Shown here: piece by piece, positions 58,404-64,000 of the stretch
Layout: every line of letters starts with the position of its first letter
Numbering within the stretch: the stretch's first letter is position 1
NCBI GenBank assembly: GCA_964655705.1
Contig: CAZZPP010000002.1
Coordinates: 32,231-96,230 of the forward strand
Reading direction: 5' to 3'
From: an uncultured Candidatus Saccharibacteria bacterium
GTDB lineage: Bacteria > Patescibacteriota > Dojkabacteria > SC72
Length of the DNA: 64,000 nucleotides
Position numbers and translations under genes: made by a program
Notes under the pieces: generated by a model
The model's input: the letters and a program-made list of their open reading frames with translations, nothing else
The model's database searches: none
What the model was told of the DNA's origin: nothing

Positions 58404-59432
58404 ATGGCTAAATTGCCAGATCATGTAGGCATAGACTTTGGAACACATACTGTAAAAGCCGTTGAATTAAAGAATATTCTTTCAACTCCCCAATTAGTTA
58501 ATTTGGGTGTACAACTTACCCCAAAAGGAGTCATAAATAGTGAAGAGAGACAAGACCAAAAGAAATTAGCAGAAGCCCTTAAACTTCTCTATGCTAATTC
58601 TAGGTTTAAAAACGTTAATGTAGTAATGGCATTACCTGAGTTTTCGGTATTTACTCGATTTTTGGAATTCCCTGGAGTTAAACAAGATGAATTAAAACAA
58701 GCTGTATACTATGAAGCTAAGCAGTATATACCAGTACCAATTGAGGATGTACAAATGAGTTATGTAGTTATTGGTTTTAATCAAGAGAAAAATGCTGCCA
58801 GAGTATTGTTAGTTGCAGCTCCTAAAAAGATAATTGAGATATATATGAATGTAGCTAATTTTGCTAATCTAGACCTCATTGCAATAGAGACAGAATCTGT
58901 GGCTATGGGTAGAGCCATGTTTAGATCTATGAGAAAAAAGGATTGTGTAATGCTTGATTTTGGTGCTAACAGTACAGATATGAGTATTATGACAAACGGT
59001 GCCCTAGTATTCTCCCAAAGTATTCCCATTGGGTCTGATTCTTTAACACAGGCAATAATTAACAAGTTCAATTTTGATTACAACAGAGCTGAACAATTCA
59101 AGAGAAACTATGGGTTGCTACCAACTGTATTGGAAGGGAAGATATATGGAGCACTTTTACCAATAGTTGAATCCATAATGATTGAGGTAAGAAGAGGAGT
59201 AGAATTCTACAAAAACAAAACAATGAGTTCCCCTCCAATGGAGTATTTGCTGAATGGTGATGGTGCCCTACTCCCAGGATTAATGGAGTATGTTTCTAAA
59301 TCACTAGGGGTCAGTGCACAAATTGCAAATCCATGGAATAATATAGCTATGGATAATAGATTTAAAAATACATTAGCCAAGACAGGGTCATCATACTCTG
59401 TAGCAATAGGATTAGCATTAAAAGATGAGTAA
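58404..59432 (+). CDS. pilM: Type IV pilus assembly protein PilM
   Basis: VGIDFGTHTVKAVE, EAKQYIP, LDFGANST, LNGDGA, ANPW, VAIGLALK. Confidence 0.92.
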   Translation: MAKLPDHVGIDFGTHTVKAVELKNILSTPQLVNLGVQLTPKGVINSEERQDQKKLAEALKLLYANSRFKNVNVVMALPEFSVFTRFLEFPGVKQDELKQAVYYEAKQYIPVPIEDVQMSYVVIGFNQEKNAARVLLVAAPKKIIEIYMNVANFANLDLIAIETESVAMGRAMFRSMRKKDCVMLDFGANSTDMSIMTNGALVFSQSIPIGSDSLTQAIINKFNFDYNRAEQFKRNYGLLPTVLEGKIYGALLPIVESIMIEVRRGVEFYKNKTMSSPPMEYLLNGDGALLPGLMEYVSKSLGVSAQIANPWNNIAMDNRFKNTLAKTGSSYSVAIGLALKDE

Positions 59433-60114
59433 CCAAGATACCCAACAACAGAATAGCACTCAGATGAAACAGCCTCCTGTTAACCCACAACAGCCTGTGC
59501 AACCCACCCCTCCTCCTCCTCCAAATGCTCCTACACTAGCTGAGCCTCAAAGTAACCAAGTTGCGGAGGGTGTTAACTTGATACCTTCTTTAACCAAAGA
59601 ACAGAAGACTCAAGTTAAGAAGAAGAATACCTTAAATATTGGATCAATACTTAGTATTATTGTATTTGTAACAATATCCATAGGGATTGTAGGCTTCAAT
59701 ATTGTAACTAAGTCTCAGTTAAGTTCTAAGCAGAATTCTTTAAAGAGGATTGAGAATACTGTTAAATCTAAGGTAGACAAGATTACATCTAACAATGTCA
59801 TATTAAAAAGGATTAAACTATATCAGGAAGTAGATGAGAATAGTTTTTCTCACAAAGAGATTATTGAATTCTTCCTTGAGATATCTAAAAGGGTTGCAGG
59901 AATCACATATGATAGTATAGAGATATCAGAGAACCTCTCTTTCAATGTTTCAGGTAAAGGACCTGATTTAGAGCAGTTAGCTAGATTGTGGTATATACTA
60001 GGAGTAAATGAGAATATTGAGAGTGTAATGTTAGAAGGTTTTTCAAAGACTGAACAAGGAGCCAACTTTTCATTTGAGGGAGTGTTAATTTTAGACAATT
60101 TTAAAAACGAATAG
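59425..60114 (+). CDS. pilN: PilN-like protein
   Basis: VNLIP motif, then TM and coiled coil; follows pilM. Confidence 0.75.
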   Translation: MSNQDTQQQNSTQMKQPPVNPQQPVQPTPPPPPNAPTLAEPQSNQVAEGVNLIPSLTKEQKTQVKKKNTLNIGSILSIIVFVTISIGIVGFNIVTKSQLSSKQNSLKRIENTVKSKVDKITSNNVILKRIKLYQEVDENSFSHKEIIEFFLEISKRVAGITYDSIEISENLSFNVSGKGPDLEQLARLWYILGVNENIESVMLEGFSKTEQGANFSFEGVLILDNFKNE

Positions 60115-60116
60115 AT

Positions 60117-60809
60117 ATGGGATTAACTAATACTAAAACAGAGAAAAAAAGAAGGGAGGAGTTTAATGTAATAGCCGAGAAGAAAAGGAAGAGTAAACTT
60201 ACCTTGGGAGATTTAATTATTCCTTTAGCTTCAGGTGCTGTATTAATCATTCTTTCTTTTGCAGTGTTTGTACCTATGGTTAAATCAGCATTTGAGTTTC
60301 TTGGAGAGATTAAGGTTGTTCAGGGAAAGATCGAGCAAATGGACAAATTAAACAAGCAGTTAGACAGATTAGAAGAGAATCAATTAAATGAAGATGTACT
60401 TACCTCTAGAGAGGTTATACCAACTATTCTGCTTGTATCTGATTTGGTATATTACTTGGATAATTTAGCAAAATCTCTTAACTTAGAGATCTCTAAACTC
60501 TCTTCTTCGGATTCCTTAAATTCTGTATCTGGACCAGTTGGGTATGAAGGGGAGTATAACAATGTACTATCTTTTCTTGATGAGGCTCAGAATGTATCTC
60601 CATATATGCTTAGGTTAGAAAATGTTGAGGTTAGTCGTAGGGCTAATGAGGAAGAAGTAGATACATGGAATATTGAATTAAGGGTAAGTGGTTACTATAT
60701 GGCAGATGAAAAAGAAGAGCCAAATATATATGCTAACTTCCAGTTATATACTGAGTACGATGATATTGTTGAAATATTTAAAGTAAAGGCAGCGAACAAA
60801 TTAAAATAG
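60117..60809 (+). CDS. pilO: PilO-like protein
   Basis: TM, coiled coil, GEYNNVLSFL; follows pilN. Confidence 0.7.
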   Translation: MGLTNTKTEKKRREEFNVIAEKKRKSKLTLGDLIIPLASGAVLIILSFAVFVPMVKSAFEFLGEIKVVQGKIEQMDKLNKQLDRLEENQLNEDVLTSREVIPTILLVSDLVYYLDNLAKSLNLEISKLSSSDSLNSVSGPVGYEGEYNNVLSFLDEAQNVSPYMLRLENVEVSRRANEEEVDTWNIELRVSGYYMADEKEEPNIYANFQLYTEYDDIVEIFKVKAANKLK

Positions 60810-60813
60810 TTAA

Positions 60814-61113
60814 TTAGATTTCGTCTGCTAACATATCTTCATCCTGTTCACTCTCACTGTCATGTGCTACCCTATCATCCTTAAGTATTACCCTTACTCT
60901 CTTGTTACTCCTTACGGCGCTAATGGTAATAATATCTCTAATAGAATTAATTGTTCTTCCCTTTCTACCAATTATTACCCCTTTGTCATTCTCATTTACA
61001 TTAATAGTGAGAATAGTTAGTCCAGGAAAATCAACACTCTCTCTTTCTTCAATTGAAACATCATCAGGATAGTTAACAATTGATTTTACAATATGCTCTA
61101 GTAATTCTCTCAT
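60814..61113 (-). CDS. khpA: KH-domain RNA-binding protein KhpA
   Basis: MRELLEHIVKSIV, DKGVIIGRKGRTINSIR; downstream of rpsP. Confidence 0.88.
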   Translation of the reverse strand: MRELLEHIVKSIVNYPDDVSIEERESVDFPGLTILTINVNENDKGVIIGRKGRTINSIRDIITISAVRSNKRVRVILKDDRVAHDSESEQDEDMLADEI

Positions 61114-61197
61114 CTTAAAGAAATATAAATTAAGATTATTCAAATAATTATACCCCTCTTAAAGGGAATTTACTAGGAGTGTGAATTCTTTGGGAAA

Positions 61198-61497
61198 TTA
61201 CTCTTTCTTCTTCTCTTTTTTTGTAGTATTAGGTTTAGTAGAACCTCTCTTAAGAGATTTGATTAGACCTAATTTAACAAAATACTGGGCAATGGTATCT
61301 GAAGGCTGTGCACCTACTGAAAGCCATTTAGAAGCTAATTCTTTATCTACTTCGAATGTAGTTGGTTTAGTTCTAGGATTGTAATACCCTATCTCTTCTA
61401 CACTCTTTCCATCTCTTGGAGAACTAGACTCCATAACTACTATTCTGTAATGTGGTTGCCCTGCTCTACCCGTTCTTTTTAATCTTATTTTTAACAT
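61198..61497 (-). CDS. rpsP: 30S ribosomal protein S16
   Basis: MLKIRLKR, YRIVV, PRDG, GYYNP, GAQPSDT. Confidence 0.97.
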   Translation of the reverse strand: MLKIRLKRTGRAGQPHYRIVVMESSSPRDGKSVEEIGYYNPRTKPTTFEVDKELASKWLSVGAQPSDTIAQYFVKLGLIKSLKRGSTKPNTTKKEKKKE

Positions 61498-61536
61498 AGC
61501 AAAGGTATTTTAACAGATGATATATTAATATTCAAG

Positions 61537-62247
61537 TTATTCTTTATCTTTTTGTATATACTCAATCCCCTTAGAAGCAGCATCCTCTTCTGCTCTCTGT
61601 TTACTACTACCTGTCCCCTCCCCTATTATTTTGTTATTAATTTTTACTACTACTGTAAACTGCTTGTCATGATCAGGACCCTGTTCATCCTTAACGTCGT
61701 ATATGGGGGTTACCTTATACTTAGCTTGAGCTATTTCTTGTATTTTAGTCTTGCTATCAATATCTAATCTATTCTTAACTATGGAGTTTAACTTCTCGAT
61801 GAGATGCATATGTACAAACTCTTTACTCTTTTCGTATCCCTGATCTAGATATATACCCCCAATCACTGCTTCAAAGGTATTTGCTAGTAAAAAGTTCTTA
61901 GTCCTCCCTCCAGTATCTTCCTCTCCTTTAGAAAGTAAGAGATACTCTCCTAGGCCTAACTGCTTACTTGTTTCTGCTAAACTATCTGTTTTAACAAGTG
62001 CAGATCTAAAACTAGTTAATTCTCCCTCAGGTCTATTAGGATATTTTTGATAGAGGTAAAAAGAAACAATTAATTCCAATACGGCATCTCCTAAAAACTC
62101 TAACCTCTCATTATGTGTTTTACACTCCTTATGTTCATTCAAAAAGGACCTATGGGTAAGAGCATCTATGAGGTACTGTTTATTTACAAAAGTAATACCT
62201 ATCTTCTGTTCAATTTCTTCAATTTTATTCTGTTTTATGCTTTTCAT
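61537..62247 (-). CDS. rnc: Ribonuclease III
   Basis: ALTHRS, NERLEFLGDAVL, FEAVIGGIYLD, dsRBD GPDH. Confidence 0.97.
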   Translation of the reverse strand: MKSIKQNKIEEIEQKIGITFVNKQYLIDALTHRSFLNEHKECKTHNERLEFLGDAVLELIVSFYLYQKYPNRPEGELTSFRSALVKTDSLAETSKQLGLGEYLLLSKGEEDTGGRTKNFLLANTFEAVIGGIYLDQGYEKSKEFVHMHLIEKLNSIVKNRLDIDSKTKIQEIAQAKYKVTPIYDVKDEQGPDHDKQFTVVVKINNKIIGEGTGSSKQRAEEDAASKGIEYIQKDKE

Positions 62248-62656
62248 AGATTGCTCCTAATACTCCATTTACAAATTTACTATTACTCTCTCCCCCAAAC
62301 TCTTTAGCTAATTCAATAGCTTCATCTATGGCTACTTTAGGAGGAGTAATTTTAGAAATGAAACCCTCATATATGGACATTCTAAGAATCTGTAAATCAA
62401 CTAACTTCATCTGAGATATTGGCCATTGAGGTGCATACTGACTTATCAATTTATCAATCTCCAGCTTATTCTCTTTTACACCATCAATTAGGGTATTATA
62501 CAACTCTTCATTGTATGTATCTATTTCATCTAGCAGGGAAAGTTCAGAAATTTCAAAATCTAAAATACTATCATTATTGATATTGAAGTCTGTAGAGAAA
62601 AGATTTTGTAACGCTAACTCTCTTGAAAGATGTCTAGGGTCAGTTGATTTCTTCAT
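62225..62656 (-). CDS. nusB: Transcription antitermination factor NusB
   Basis: RELALQ, VDLQILR, VAIDEAIELAKEFG, KFVNGVL. Confidence 0.95.
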   Translation of the reverse strand: MKKSTDPRHLSRELALQNLFSTDFNINNDSILDFEISELSLLDEIDTYNEELYNTLIDGVKENKLEIDKLISQYAPQWPISQMKLVDLQILRMSIYEGFISKITPPKVAIDEAIELAKEFGGESNSKFVNGVLGAIYEKHKTE

Positions 62657-62670
62657 TTAATACTCTATTA

Positions 62671-62853
62671 CTATTTATTACTCTTAAGATCTTTTCCATC
62701 TCCGTAGTAACCACAGAATTCACATACAAAGTGAGGTCTTTTACTCTTACCGCACTTAGGACATTTGGACATCTGAGGTTTAATTAGAAAGTCCTGAGAC
62801 CTTCTTCTGTTCTTTCTACCCTTTGATATTTTTCTTTTTGGTAATGCTCCCAT
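62671..62853 (-). CDS. rpmF: 50S ribosomal protein L32
   Basis: MGALPKRKISK, CPKCG..RPHFVCEFCGYY. Confidence 0.95.
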   Translation of the reverse strand: MGALPKRKISKGRKNRRRSQDFLIKPQMSKCPKCGKSKRPHFVCEFCGYYGDGKDLKSNK

Positions 62854-62914
62854 AACTATTTATACAAGATTAAACCTTGTATTATATTTTAATATCTTAA
62901 TTCTTGCAACAACA

Positions 62915-64000
62915 TTATACTATCCATCCCTCTTTGATATCGATTTCTTGTCCAGATGTAATCTTTCCTTCAACCATTTCTTTTGCAATATTACCCTCAA
63001 TATTGTCTTGTATATATCTTTTAATTGGTCTAGCTCCTAAGCCTGGTTCATTCGCTTTACTTGCAATTATTTGAGGTATAATACTTCCCCATTTGAGAGT
63101 AATACTTTTTTCAGAGAGTCTTTGAGCTAACTCTCTTAGTAGTAGTTCTGATATTTCTGAGAGATTTTGTATATCATGGGGATGGAATACTAAGACCTTG
63201 TCAAATCTGTTTAGGAGTTCTGGTTTAATGGCTTGTCTAAGTTCGATTAATGCCCTGTCTTTAACCTCCTCCCATGTTAAATTATGATTTGACAAAGAGT
63301 CGAGTAACATACTACTACCAATATTGCTTGTACATATGATTATGCTGTGTGTAAAATCAACTGTCTCACCAAGTGTACTTGTTAATCTCCCTTCATCAAA
63401 TATCTGTAAGAAAAGATCTAGTATTTGTGGATGGGCCTTCTCCATCTCATCAAAGAGGACAACTGTATATGGATTACTCTTAATTTTGTCAATTAAGGAG
63501 ATGGATGATTTACTTAGTAAACTACTATCTGTACTACCTCCTAAAAATTTTTCAACACTATCAATTTCTTTGTACTCTGACATATCTACTCTTACCATGT
63601 TGGATGCACTACCAAAATACTCTTCTGCAAGTACCTTAGAGATATGTGTCTTACCTACTCCAGTAGGTCCCATGAAGAGAAAAGTTCCAATTGGTTTGTC
63701 TGGATTCCTAATATCTACATGTGCCCTTCGCAATGCCTCTACAAGGGCCTGTATGGGTTCTTGCTGGCCTACTATCTTCCTTTTCATATTCTCTTCTAGC
63801 TTCATTAGGTGTGTACTCTTTTCAGCATCTACACTACCAATGGGAATACCCTTTTGATTAGAGAGAACTTTAGATACATGCTCTCCTGTTAAAATTGTTA
63901 CTCCACTAGTTTGACCCCAAGAACAGGCTTCCTCAATTAACTGTACTGCACTACTTGGTAGCTTCCTCTCCCTACTATATCTTTGTGCAAGTTCAACAGC
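62915..64000 (-). CDS. Clp/Hsp100 AAA+ ATPase (ClpA/B/C-like), 5' end outside window
   Basis: IVGQ, FLFMGPTGVGKT, RVDMSEY, LFDEMEKAHP, GARPIKR; frame stays open to the window edge. Confidence 0.9.
   Translation of the reverse strand, partial: AVELAQRYSRERKLPSSAVQLIEEACSWGQTSGVTILTGEHVSKVLSNQKGIPIGSVDAEKSTHLMKLEENMKRKIVGQQEPIQALVEALRRAHVDIRNPDKPIGTFLFMGPTGVGKTHISKVLAEEYFGSASNMVRVDMSEYKEIDSVEKFLGGSTDSSLLSKSSISLIDKIKSNPYTVVLFDEMEKAHPQILDLFLQIFDEGRLTSTLGETVDFTHSIIICTSNIGSSMLLDSLSNHNLTWEEVKDRALIELRQAIKPELLNRFDKVLVFHPHDIQNLSEISELLLRELAQRLSEKSITLKWGSIIPQIIASKANEPGLGARPIKRYIQDNIEGNIAKEMVEGKITSGQEIDIKEGWIV

Noticed and set aside
1-64000. Alternative genetic code (TGA recoding as in Gracilibacteria/Absconditabacteria)
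   Set aside because: Conserved genes are full length under code 11, and TGA serves as a stop at 49056-49058.

Overview
Low-GC bacterial chromosome segment (code 11). Gene content (type IV pilus locus, stand-alone VirD4-like ATPase, many apparently leaderless genes, no biosynthetic pathways) suggests a CPR/Patescibacteria-type organism, possibly Dojkabacteria-like; this is inference. Housekeeping blocks: ctpA-htrA, rpmE-prfA-prmC, hsp20 with a CIRCE, dnaB, tRNA-Leu, lgt/lspA-like, rluD, yebC-ruvCAB, a Xer-type recombinase with an upstream 11-6-11 dif-like site, gyrB (HNH intein)-gyrA, a T4P locus with two paralogous Cys-rich adhesin-like genes, and khpA-rpsP-rnc-nusB-rpmF-Clp ATPase. The standout is 28007-29590 on the minus strand, a self-contained transcription unit with tandem sigma70 promoters and a terminator. 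It holds two tandem cassettes, each built as conserved structured 5' leader with AGGAGG, then a variable cargo ORF, then a conserved structured trailer ending in a canonical type III hammerhead ribozyme. A 13-nt leader/trailer complementarity closes each cassette. One cassette carries a Cys-rich lipoprotein and the other a 17-aa mini-ORF. All structures were read by eye; no folding or database search was run.
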